Shown: in pieces, positions 46,357-57,600 of the stretch
Layout: every line of letters begins with the position of its first letter
Position numbering within the stretch: position 1 is the stretch's first letter
The notes under the pieces: generated by a model
Database searches by the model: none
The model's input: only the letters and a program-made list of their open reading frames with translations
Told to the model about the DNA's origin: nothing
Program-made: the position numbers and the translations under genes
NCBI GenBank assembly: GCA_002104945.1
Contig: MCFH01000029.1
Span: 62,001-126,000, forward strand
DNA from: Piromyces finnis finn
Lineage: Eukaryota; Fungi; Neocallimastigomycota
Direction of reading: 5' to 3'
DNA: 64,000 bases

Positions 46357-49300
46357 ATGGTAAAGGTTAATGCATTTGTTACACTTTTAACTTCTGAAAC
46401 CTATATCCAAGGTGTTATAGCTTTAGCTCACTCCTTACAACTTACAAATACTGAAAATGACATAGTTTGTATGGTTACCAAAGATATTAATTCAAGTATA
46501 ATTAAAAAGCTTGAAAAATTATTTGATAAAGTTATATACATTGATGAATATAATTCAAAACTTGGAAGTACTTATGGAAAATTGAATGTTTGGAAATTAG
46601 TACAATATAATTATATAATTTATTTAGATGCTGATACTATTGTTTTAAAGAATATCGATTCTTTATTTGATCAAATGAAACATGTTCATAATCAGGAGGT
46701 TAATACAGTATTTATCGCAGTTCCTAATGTAGATTCTCAAAATCATTTTAATTCTGGTGTTTTTGCCTGTAGACCAGATCTTCAAACTTTTTTGGATTTA
46801 GTTAATTATTCAAAATCATTAGATAATTTTGATGATGGTGATAAAGTTTTATTTAATAATTTTTTTAGTCAATGGATTAACAATTCAGATACAAGATTAT
46901 CTTTTAAATATATTACTGCACCTTCAACTTATCATACCTATGTTCCAGAATATCAAAAACATAAAAATGATATAAAAATAATTCATTTTACTGGAAATAA
47001 TAAACCATGGCTTTCTGATACCAGTCAAAAAATTAAAAAAAAGAAAAGTTTATTGGTGTCTCAATTTGATTCTTTTGTTGACCTTTGGTGGAATATATAT
47101 GATAATTCTATTATAAGGAATGGCCAAATTAGTGAACCTATTAACTCAAAAACATTAAATTATCCATATGATAATAGTAATACTATTCAACAAAAAGATA
47201 TAATTAAAGATTATGATACCAATGAAAATAAAAAAAATAATCATATTGATCACATGGAAAATACAATAGAAAATAATGTAAATACTTTAAATAATAATGC
47301 TTTTGGAAATTATTCTATTAATTGGAATTCCGAAGAATTACGTGGCTTTGGAAAGCAATGTAAAAGGTGTATTGATGAAACAGGAAAAAAGGCTAAAAAT
47401 TCAGTAAAATTTGATAATACTATTAATTCTATTATTAAGGAGGAGGAATTGATTTCTCAATATGAATCTGAAATTGAAAATAGTAAGATAAAGGATGATA
47501 TTTTGAATATTAGTTGTTTACCAGGTCTTAATGCTACGGAAGAAACAGAAGGTGTACTTCATGAATCCTCTTTTAAAACTATTTCAAAAGAATTTGATAT
47601 TTATGCTTTTAATTATCAAGATGATATAAAGAGAAAATCCTTTATCAATGAATTTGATGAAGATGATGTTAAAATTTCCAACAAAAAAAGAAAAAAATCT
47701 CTTATTGAAACAATGAAGGTGTTGGATGACTTTTCAATGACTAATATAGAATCTCAAGATAATGGAATTAGTGACAGTATAATAGATAGATCAATGAAAA
47801 TAGAAGATACATTAGATGTCACTGGTATAATTGAAGATAACTTTGAAAATGATTTATTCATTAATGAAGATGAAATAGAAAATATTTCTTTTGTTAAAAA
47901 TCGTGGTCCTATAACGAATGGTAATAAGTCTTTTGCATCCTATAATGACATTGAAAAATATAGTATTAATGTTGAACCCATTTCATTTACTGAGGTTACT
48001 GAAGTTCTAGGTAGTGAAAATGATATTATTCTACCAAATGATTTAAGTATTAAAGAAGGAGAAACTATTATTAATGAATCAATCATTCCAAGTGAATTTG
48101 AAGAAGAAAGAGATATTACTATTAAAAATCTTGAAATCTCGAATGAAATAATAAATGCTATCAATAAGAAATACAATATAACTGAAACAGAAATATCTAA
48201 ATTACCAGATTTCTATAATTCAATAATTAAAGTAAATAATGTGGAAATTCCATCTCAACATGTCACACCGGAATTAGATACTTATCTTGATCGAGAATTA
48301 ATGAAACAAAACAAAGACAAAAAACTAAGTAAGGATAATAATGCTATAATAGAAAAATCTTTAAGTTTAGAAGAATTAACATTGGTTAATAATACTTTTA
48401 GTAATAAAAGTATATTAATGGAAGGGAAAGAAAATTTACGAGAAGAGGATGAAACTGAATATCAAAGAAAAGTAAAAGATCAAATTAAAACGGAATCAGT
48501 TAATAAAATATTAAAAGTAAAAAATATCTGTAATAAAAATTTTGAGGAAGATTTTCATGATAATACAGATCTTGATTCTCTTATTGATGATATTGAAATA
48601 TCATTAAGAAGGATAATTAATGAAAATACTATAATTGAAGAAAAAATTAACATTTTACCAAAGGAAAACGTACATGAAGATATTTCACTAAAGGAAGAAA
48701 TTAATATTATACCAAGAGAAGTTACCAATGACAATACGAAATCTTTACAGAAAAATATTAATTTAGAGGATATTTCAACGATTCCATTAACGAAAGAGAA
48801 AGAAAGCAATATTAATAAAATAAATAAAATACACGTATCAGATTCTTCTATTAGCATTAAAATTAGTGAAAGTGAAGAAGATGATAAAAATCTTGTAAAT
48901 CATATTACAATTTTACGTAAATCTTTAAATGATAACATAGACAATACTAATGATATTAAAACTTCCATAATCACTACTAGAAAACCAGCATCATCCACAA
49001 TTGATGACGATCAAAAAATAATTGAAATGAAAAAAAATATTATTTCAGTTGAAATGGAAAAAACTGGTAATTCTGTGGAAGAGAAATATAAAATTTTAAT
49101 TGAAAATGATAATACCGAAACTGAAGAAGAAAATGATTGTACAATTCTTAAAAGTCAAGATTCAAACCATAGGAATGAAAATATGGAGACCCATAAAAAA
49201 GTAAAAGTCTCTGAAGAAAAAGAAGAAATTATTTTGTATGATAGTAATAATAATGGTCACTATTCTTATGAAACCATTGATGAAATCCAAGAAGAAAAAA

Positions 49301-51270
49301 AATCAAAAAAAGTTAATTTAGATAAGAAGAATGAAAATATTAATGGTATTCAAGAAGAAATGGGTTCAGAAGAAAAAGTTTTTTTAGATAATAAAGACGA
49401 AAACACTGAAGATGAAGAAATTACTCTAAATAGTGAGAATGAAAGTATTGAAAGCATTAATGAAGAAAAAAATTCTGAAGATGAAGAAATTACTGTAAAT
49501 AGTGAGAATGAAAGTATTGAAAACCTTCAAGAAATAGGTTCAGAAGAAGAAATTATTTTAGGTAATAAGGATAAAAACATTGAATTTATTCAAGAAGAAA
49601 ATAGTTTGGAACAAAAAGAAATTACTTTATATGATGATGATGGACCCTATACTTATGAAATTATTGATGTTATTCAAGAAGAAAAAGAAGAGACAGAAGA
49701 AGAAGAAGTTACTTTAGATAATAAGGATAAAAACATTGAATTTATTCAAGAAGAAAATTGTTTGGAACAAAAAGAAATTACTTTATATGATGATGATGGA
49801 CCTTATACCTATGAAATAATAGATGTTATTCAAGAAGAAGAAGAAGAAATTACTTTAGATAATAAGGATGAAAACCTCGATATCATTCAAGAAAAAAATG
49901 ATTTAGCCCAAAAAGAAATTACTTTTAATAATAATAATGATGATGATGGACCCTATTTTTATGAAATCATTGATGTAATTCAAGAAGTAGAACCAGATTT
50001 AGAGGAAGATGAAATTATTTTAAATAAGGATATAAATATTGAAATTATTCAAGAAGAAAAAGAAGAAACAAATTCTGAGAAAGAAATTATTTTAGATATT
50101 AAAGATGAAAACATTAAAGACCTTCGAGAAGAAAATGATTTAGCACAAAAACAAATTACTTTATATGATGATGATGATGATGATGATGATAATGGTCCTT
50201 ATACCTTTGAAATCATTGATGTTATTCAAGAAGAGACCGATTCAGAAAAAGCAGCTACTTTTGATGATAAGGATGAAAACGTTGATGTTGTTCAAGAAGA
50301 AAATAGTTTGGAACAAAAAGAAACTACTTTATATAAGAATGATGAAGGACCCTATACTTATGAAATCATTGATGTTATTCAAGAAGAAAAAGCAGCTACT
50401 TTTGATGATAAGGATGAAAATACTAATATTATTCAAAACGAAAATGGTACAAAACAAAAAGAGGTTACTTTATATGATGACGATGGATCTTATACCTATG
50501 AAATAATTGATATCCTTCAAGAAGAAGAAGTGAATTTAAAAGAGTATAAAGATAAAAATGAAAATTTATATTTTAATTTTGATGGGTATGAAAGAAATTT
50601 AATTCCTAATGATAAAACTTTTAAAATTATTATTGAAAATGTTATTCGAAAAATTAACGAAAATAATTGTATAGAAGAGGAGAAAGAAATAATTGAATAT
50701 GAAATGGATGAAATTACTGAACAGAATAAAAGCATTAAACTTATTGAAATTGAATTCAGGAAAAAAGAAACGTTAACCGTTAAAATAATTAAAATTTCAA
50801 AGTATAATAAAAGAAATAATAATTATGATGAAGAGGAGGATATTGAAGAAGAAGAAGAAGAAGAAGAAGAAGAAATTATTGAATACGAAACCATTGTTGA
50901 ACAAGAAGAAATAGAAAAAGATCATGGAAATAATGATGAGACAAGGGTTTCCATACAAAATTCTAATGAACATTATCAAAATTGCAATGAAAATCCTATT
51001 CATGAAACGGAAACCAATACTAAAAAAAAGGATCTTCTTGGTTTGAAAGAATTTGGAAATCATAAAAGAGATAAAATAATAGAATTGAATAAAGCAAATC
51101 AATTAAATGAAGCAATGATTCAAAAAAGTAAAGAAGATGATACCGCCGATATTGATACAACTATTAATATTATTGAAAGTAGTAGTAATGATGAAGAAAA
51201 CACATTTTATGATGATAGTACTTCCTATAATTTAGAAGAATCAACAGATGATCAAGATGATCATTATTAA
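46357..51270 (+). CDS. Glycogenin-like GT8 glycosyltransferase with a roughly 1350-aa acidic, repeat-containing tail; single exon, 1637 aa
   Basis: N-terminal ~250 aa: AFVTLLTSETYIQGVIALAHSL, YGKLNVWKLVQYNYIIYLDADTIVL (DxD), FNSGVF, FDDGDKVLFNNFF, HFTGNNKPW. The ORF is uninterrupted. Confidence 0.85.
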   Translation: MVKVNAFVTLLTSETYIQGVIALAHSLQLTNTENDIVCMVTKDINSSIIKKLEKLFDKVIYIDEYNSKLGSTYGKLNVWKLVQYNYIIYLDADTIVLKNIDSLFDQMKHVHNQEVNTVFIAVPNVDSQNHFNSGVFACRPDLQTFLDLVNYSKSLDNFDDGDKVLFNNFFSQWINNSDTRLSFKYITAPSTYHTYVPEYQKHKNDIKIIHFTGNNKPWLSDTSQKIKKKKSLLVSQFDSFVDLWWNIYDNSIIRNGQISEPINSKTLNYPYDNSNTIQQKDIIKDYDTNENKKNNHIDHMENTIENNVNTLNNNAFGNYSINWNSEELRGFGKQCKRCIDETGKKAKNSVKFDNTINSIIKEEELISQYESEIENSKIKDDILNISCLPGLNATEETEGVLHESSFKTISKEFDIYAFNYQDDIKRKSFINEFDEDDVKISNKKRKKSLIETMKVLDDFSMTNIESQDNGISDSIIDRSMKIEDTLDVTGIIEDNFENDLFINEDEIENISFVKNRGPITNGNKSFASYNDIEKYSINVEPISFTEVTEVLGSENDIILPNDLSIKEGETIINESIIPSEFEEERDITIKNLEISNEIINAINKKYNITETEISKLPDFYNSIIKVNNVEIPSQHVTPELDTYLDRELMKQNKDKKLSKDNNAIIEKSLSLEELTLVNNTFSNKSILMEGKENLREEDETEYQRKVKDQIKTESVNKILKVKNICNKNFEEDFHDNTDLDSLIDDIEISLRRIINENTIIEEKINILPKENVHEDISLKEEINIIPREVTNDNTKSLQKNINLEDISTIPLTKEKESNINKINKIHVSDSSISIKISESEEDDKNLVNHITILRKSLNDNIDNTNDIKTSIITTRKPASSTIDDDQKIIEMKKNIISVEMEKTGNSVEEKYKILIENDNTETEEENDCTILKSQDSNHRNENMETHKKVKVSEEKEEIILYDSNNNGHYSYETIDEIQEEKKSKKVNLDKKNENINGIQEEMGSEEKVFLDNKDENTEDEEITLNSENESIESINEEKNSEDEEITVNSENESIENLQEIGSEEEIILGNKDKNIEFIQEENSLEQKEITLYDDDGPYTYEIIDVIQEEKEETEEEEVTLDNKDKNIEFIQEENCLEQKEITLYDDDGPYTYEIIDVIQEEEEEITLDNKDENLDIIQEKNDLAQKEITFNNNNDDDGPYFYEIIDVIQEVEPDLEEDEIILNKDINIEIIQEEKEETNSEKEIILDIKDENIKDLREENDLAQKQITLYDDDDDDDDNGPYTFEIIDVIQEETDSEKAATFDDKDENVDVVQEENSLEQKETTLYKNDEGPYTYEIIDVIQEEKAATFDDKDENTNIIQNENGTKQKEVTLYDDDGSYTYEIIDILQEEEVNLKEYKDKNENLYFNFDGYERNLIPNDKTFKIIIENVIRKINENNCIEEEKEIIEYEMDEITEQNKSIKLIEIEFRKKETLTVKIIKISKYNKRNNNYDEEEDIEEEEEEEEEEIIEYETIVEQEEIEKDHGNNDETRVSIQNSNEHYQNCNENPIHETETNTKKKDLLGLKEFGNHKRDKIIELNKANQLNEAMIQKSKEDDTADIDTTINIIESSSNDEENTFYDDSTSYNLEESTDDQDDHY
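49240..50530 (+). repeat. Degenerate coding repeat in the glycogenin tail; seven copies of (Y/N)DDDG(P/S/H)Y(T/F/S)(Y/F)EIIDVIQEE
   Basis: Cores near 49250, 49630, 49785, 49940, 50190, 50340 and 50475, mostly preceded by DNKDKNIEFIQEEN.LEQKEITL-like segments. Confidence 0.85.
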
Positions 51271-51380
51271 GGAAGAGATGATAATGCCTATAGATATTAT
51301 AAATTTAAGAAAGTTTTAAAAAATCACTTTATAAATCCTATTGATTTTTACAATAAATTTCAAATTTGAAATTAATAAGC

Positions 51381-51417
<37 letters not shown>

Positions 51418-53507
51418 AAAATTAAAAATAGAATAAAGGAAATTAATATATAAAATGAAGAAAAAAAAAATAATAGTAATAATAGAAAAAAAATATTTAA
51501 AAAAAAAAATAGTCATTTTCTTTAATTCAATTTTTATCTTTTATAGCATTATCAAAAATTATGATTCAAAAGATGATTCTTTCCTTTCGTTCACTAAGTT
51601 GAGTATTTAATAAAAAAAATTTTTAAAGGCAAAAGAAATGCTATAATCTAAAAGGACCTAAAATTAAATCTATTCAAGATGAAAATAGAAGAAAGAAGAA
51701 AACCCAATTCCAATGATTATTTTTTAAAAAATGAAAATATAAAAATCAAAAAAAGGTTATTCTCATATGAATATACCATATTAAAAGTTAATAATAGAAA
51801 AGTCAATAAGTAAAGGAGAAGAAAAAGTGATTTGAAAAAAAAAAAAAAAAAAAAAAAAAAAATGAAAACAAAAAAAAAAAAAAAGTAAAATATAATAAGA
51901 TAATAATTCGCATTCTTATTATTTTTATTTTATTATTTAATTAATGATAAAAAAAATATATATTATATAAGGAAATCGTCGAAAAAAAAAAATTAAGTAT
52001 TCCTTTTTATCCTTATTTATAATTCATTATTACCAGCCAGTTAAAACAATAATAATAACAAAAAAAAAAAGATAATAATATTAATATGTATATCAATAGT
52101 TTATTTATGAGTTAAATTTATAATAATGAAATCCTCTCTCACCTCGATATGACTTTTCAAAAAAAATAATAATTACTTTTATCAAATTACCAATTTTTTT
52201 TTTTTTTAATACTCATAGGATACTTTTTAGTATAAAACTTTTTAGTAATATACAATTAAAAAAATAATAATAATAATAATAATAATAATTTTTTCATTTC
52301 TTTTATATCCTTTTCATTTTATTTTTTTATTTTTTTATTTTATTTTTATTTTTATTTTATTCTAATACTTTTTTAAATATAGTTTTTGCTTTCCTTCCTC
52401 TTCCCATAGATCATCCTTCATTTTTTTTATTTATTTATTTATTTATTTATTTGTAATCTTTTAATATTTCATTTTTTATTAGTTTTAATATTATTATTTA
52501 TTTATTATAAATATAAAAATGTAAAATGTAAACCTATTTAAATCTTTTTAATAAAAAAATTAAAATAAAATCATTTCTTATTCAAACTGTAATTTCTTTA
52601 TATATTTGTGCATGTATGATCCAACAAAGTAATGATAACTACACTTTTATAAAGTCAACCACTAAATTACTAAAATCAAAACTATATTTATTAAATACCA
52701 CAAAACATAAAAAAACTGTAATTATAAAATTAAAAAAAAAAAAAAACACTTTCAAAATTTCTTTTTTTTTTACTTTTTACTTTAAAATGTTTTTTACTTT
52801 TATTTTTTACTTTTTTTTTTTTTTTAATAAATTAATTTAAATTTTCTATTTACAAAATTTTTTTTAAATTTTTATTATGTACAATTTTTTGATTTTTGGT
52901 TCTTTTTTTTTTTGTTGTTGTTTCTTATTCATTTTTTTTTTTTTTTAATAAACTAGCCTTTTAATATTTAATACAATAATTTAAATATATTGTTATTATA
53001 TACTAAAAGTTTTTTATATCTTAAAGATAGTAATAAACAAACATTTTAGAGTTATATCTCTGTAAAAATGTTTTAATTCAATGAAACAATGTGTTGTTAA
53101 TTTCTTAAAATAATCAGACTATTTTGATTATATTTATCGTATATTACAATTTAAAATTAATTTACAAATACCTTGCTTTTATTCTAACTTTGAAAAGAAA
53201 AAGGGTAAATTAAATATATCTATAAAAATTTTCTTTTCTTGTTAATAAAAGAAGGATTTTTTTACTTAAATATTTTTTCTCTTAAATAAATTTTAAATCT
53301 TCATTTTTTCAATTAAAAATGAGATAGTTTTAGAGTGTTGAATAATTATATAGATAGGTTTATAATTATTCAATAAATTATTGCTTCGATAATGTTTTTT
53401 AAATATAAAAAACTATTATCTTTGTGCGATAAGCGATAAAAGAATTGTAATTATTAATACATAACTGAAGACATTGAAATTAATTGTGAAATTTGTAATT
53501 TAAATGC

Positions 53508-54608
53508 TTAAAAATTCTTTGACTTTTCAAGGCCTTCTAAAACACATAAAGCGGATAAGATAGTTTGTCTTGGATTATAATAGTCATTTGACATTTCCAT
53601 TGAGTATGTTTCTTGTTCGTGATATGAAGATAATGAGACGGTTCTCTTTGGATATGAGGTGGCTGGTACAAACGTAGTTTTCATAATATCTAATAATAAT
53701 TTTATCCAGATATTACATTCTTCTTCTGATGAGAATACTAAAGTTAATTTATCAGCAATTTTTTCATTGAAATTGTTATTGTAATCACCATAGAGCTCTA
53801 AGGCATTGTTAATATATACAGATTTTTCTATGTTGCTACAATTACTGAATGAAAAAGTGAATTTCATTTGAGATTTAGATTTATTTGAATCAAAAATATA
53901 AATTTTATCATCTGTTAAGATGGCATATTGTTGTTCTAATGGAGTGAAATCAGTCTGTGTTTGAACAAAAGAAGCTATTAAAATTCCATTAGCAAAAACA
54001 TCTTTAACACAAATTGTATTTTCAAGAATTTGGCAAGTTTCATCTTCTGGATAATAAGCATCATCTTCTCTTAATTCTTCAATACAATTATCTAATTCTT
54101 TAAGTAAATCAGATACTTTTTGACGTGTATCTGGAGATGAAATAGATGAGGTATCATTATTTACATTATCTAATTCACTCTTTACAGCAGCTTCATCTTT
54201 TGCTTTTAATTCTTTGTAGTATTCATTGCTCTTACTACAATCAGCAATAGCTGAATCTACAGAAGCAATACTAGAATTACTAGAACGTCTTTCACTTTCA
54301 ATTTTAATAGATTCGTTGTTAACATTACATTCTTTTTCAAGCATGTTATCTAAAGTTGTTCTTAAATGAAAAATCATATTAGAAATATTTTCTGATTCTG
54401 AGTCTTGATGCTTTTCTGAAGAGGTATTTTTAGAGGGTAAATTTTTAATCATTTTACTTAAATCATCAATACCAAGACCCTTACATTCAACAGCTCTAAC
54501 AAAATTGTTGATTTGTTCTTCTTCAGTTTTTGTTCCTGGAGCAAAAGTAACTCTAAAAGACTTCTTTCTACCCCTTTTAATTGAACTGTCTTTAATTGCA
54601 CTAATCAT
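53508..54608 (-). CDS. PH-domain protein with an N-terminal RVxF-like motif; single exon, 366 aa
   Basis: C-terminal half has PH-like spacing (QQYAILTDDKIYIFDS...LTLVFSSEEECNIWIKLL). N-terminus has KRGRKKSFRVTFAP. The ORF is intact. Confidence 0.65.
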   Translation of the reverse strand: MISAIKDSSIKRGRKKSFRVTFAPGTKTEEEQINNFVRAVECKGLGIDDLSKMIKNLPSKNTSSEKHQDSESENISNMIFHLRTTLDNMLEKECNVNNESIKIESERRSSNSSIASVDSAIADCSKSNEYYKELKAKDEAAVKSELDNVNNDTSSISSPDTRQKVSDLLKELDNCIEELREDDAYYPEDETCQILENTICVKDVFANGILIASFVQTQTDFTPLEQQYAILTDDKIYIFDSNKSKSQMKFTFSFSNCSNIEKSVYINNALELYGDYNNNFNEKIADKLTLVFSSEEECNIWIKLLLDIMKTTFVPATSYPKRTVSLSSYHEQETYSMEMSNDYYNPRQTILSALCVLEGLEKSKNF

Positions 54609-57600
54609 TTTTAATAATATTTAGTTCTTTTAATACAAAATTAGTAATTTTTATTATTTATATAATTAATTATTGAATTTATTTTAATTTTATTAATTAA
54701 AAATTTTTTTTTATTTCTCTTTATCGTTATTAAATATAAAAATTAATAAATATTTATAAAAAAAATATAAAAAAATTCTAAAATCTAATTAATAACTTAA
54801 ATCGAAATTTTAATAGTAAAGTAAAAAAAAAAAAAAAATCAGTTGAAAAAGAAAATGAATTAATTTATATACTTTTCAAAAGGATTAATCTATTTTTTTA
54901 AAAAAAACAATCATTGAAATTTTATTATTAAATAAAATTAAAGAATAATTATTCTAACAAACTTTAATATGATTATTATTAAGTTTATTAATTAATTAAT
55001 TAAATCTATATAGCATAAATATGATAATAATAAGTTTTATTATTTAAATTGATTATATATATTATTGATATATTAGTGATATATGAATTTCTACTTTCTG
55101 GAATACCAAGTAATTTGAAATATGTTTATAATATATGGTCAATATAATAATTTAAATATTGATGATATATTGTTAATAACATTCATATTATAGTTATTAT
55201 ATTAAATAATATATTACTTTCACAAATTATTATTGGTTCCATTATTTTATAACTTTATATGTTTCCCGTTTTGAGTTACTATTAATAGTTAAATTAAAAA
55301 ATGATAATATCATCTAACATAGTATAAGTTTTTTCATAAAGCTCAAAATTTTTAATTAATTTTATTTTAATGTTACACATAATAATTTTTATTAATAAAA
55401 ATTTTAATATTGAAAAGAACAATACATTTAATATATTTTAATATATTTAATGATATGTTAGTAAATACATTGATAATTAATTAATATATTATAATAATAT
55501 GAGTAATTAGAATTTAAATATATTATTTATTTTTAATACTATTTTATTTATAATAAAGAGAAATAGAGATAATTAAATAAAAATGAAATATATATTATTA
55601 TTATTATTTTAATATATTTCATATTATATAAAATCTAGATTTAAATGTATTTATGATAAATAAAACATTTTTAATGTCAATAATAATGAAACATTAATTT
55701 AAAAAGGATTCCTATAGCATGATGCAGAGTTTCTTAGCTTCTGGCTATTGTTGTTCACTGTTTGAACTATTTTTTTTTTTTAAAAAAGTAGTAATTGTTA
55801 TAATACCTTTAAAAAAATATTAAATAATTAATTTAATGTTGAATAAAAATAATTTTCATCTTTTTATAAAGTTTATTGTCTTATTTATAAGTATACTATG
55901 TATTTCATTGTTATAATGAATATACTATATTAATTTTTTTTTTATTTTGTTCTTTCGCCATTATAAAGTACTACTTAGCCAATAAAAATACAAAAAATTA
56001 AAAGATGAAAAGGCATCGTTCCACCAAAAAAAAAACATTACTATTTAAAATTAAAGTATATAAAGAAGGTATGATAGTATTACTTGACTATTAACACAAT
56101 CACTATTTGCTTTAATACTTTTTGAATTCTATTCTTTTCCCTATCTATATTATTTTTTTTAAAAAAAAAAAAGTCAATAAAAAAATTAAATTAGTTTTTA
56201 AATTCTTTAAACTATTTTTTTTTAATATAATTGATTCATTTTTTGATTTAATAGTGAAAATGCCTTTAAATTCTATATTAAATTTTATTTTATTAAGGCA
56301 TTTTAAAAAATAGTATTAAATATAGAATTTAAAGTTGTAAATGATTATTTTCATTTTTTCAAAAACTTTTTTTTTTTTTTTGTAATAAAATCTTTAAAGT
56401 TATTATACTTTAGTATAGAATGAACTTTAATTCAATCTTTATAAGGTATAATTAAAATTTAAATTTTATTTTTAGTAAAACCAAAAAGGTCTTTCAGAAT
56501 CTAGACACATTCTACAACATATACAATAGAGTAATAGAAATGAGAATAATAATAACTATAAAAATTTAATTTGATTTTACTTTTAATTTGCAAAAAAGTA
56601 AATAGATAGTATTTAAATTCTTCTTTAATATATAGTTTTATCCTAAATTATTAATCTTATTACATTTTAATACCATTCAAATATTAATATAAAACCAAGC
56701 ACATGGATGGTATTCTTATCCAAAAAAAAAAAAAAAATTCTTTTTGAATTTTTTATTGACAAATTCACTAAAAAAAATAATTCATAATGCATTTTGTAAT
56801 TATTTTTTTATTGTAAGTATCATAAAAAACTCTTTTTGCTTATAATAGAAGTTTTCATAATAGTTAATTTTATCAACTATTCTATTAAATAATACATTTA
56901 TACTTGATTTTAAAGCTATTTCAATTATTGCTTTTACTTTTTTCCTACACTATAGTAGGCAACATTTTTTTAATAGTAAAAAAAAAAAGTTGTATCTTAC
57001 ATTTATTATTTAACTATTTTAATTTAATATAATAATATCATATATTAAAATTTTATTTTGTATAGAATATTTATATTTATTAATTTATTTCTCATATATA
57101 TGGCTAATTAATATAATTTAATTATAATATATATTTATTTATATTAATATGATTTATTTATATAAAATGTTGATGTTTAATTATTTTTAAAGAGTTGTGC
57201 TACATGAGTAATTTCAATATAGCCATTATTAGAAATTTTTAAAATATAAAGTATATTAAATTTGTGTTACCTGGATTAATATTATATACTTCTATATATG
57301 GAAGGTTTAAAAATTTAAAAAAATAATACTATAAAATTCAATTTTATAGTAAATAGGATTAGATAGAAAGAAATACAGTTATAAAAAGTATAATTTAATA
57401 TTTATATTAAAATAATAATAAAATGTATTTAGTTATAGCAAGATTTAATATTTAAATTTATATTAAGTAAAACATTATTTATGATTTATTGTTATTCCTC
57501 TTGACATATTGAATAGATTAAATGATATTCATAAAAAATAAAAAAAATAATTTTGAATAATTAATTTTAAAACTAAACTATTACACAAATTAAATTATAT

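Noticed and set aside
47940-51102. Short ORFs overlapping the glycogenin gene on either strand (also those inside ANKRD13, MIP and the WH2-like gene)
   Set aside because: Antisense or alternate-frame by-products of the real coding sequence.
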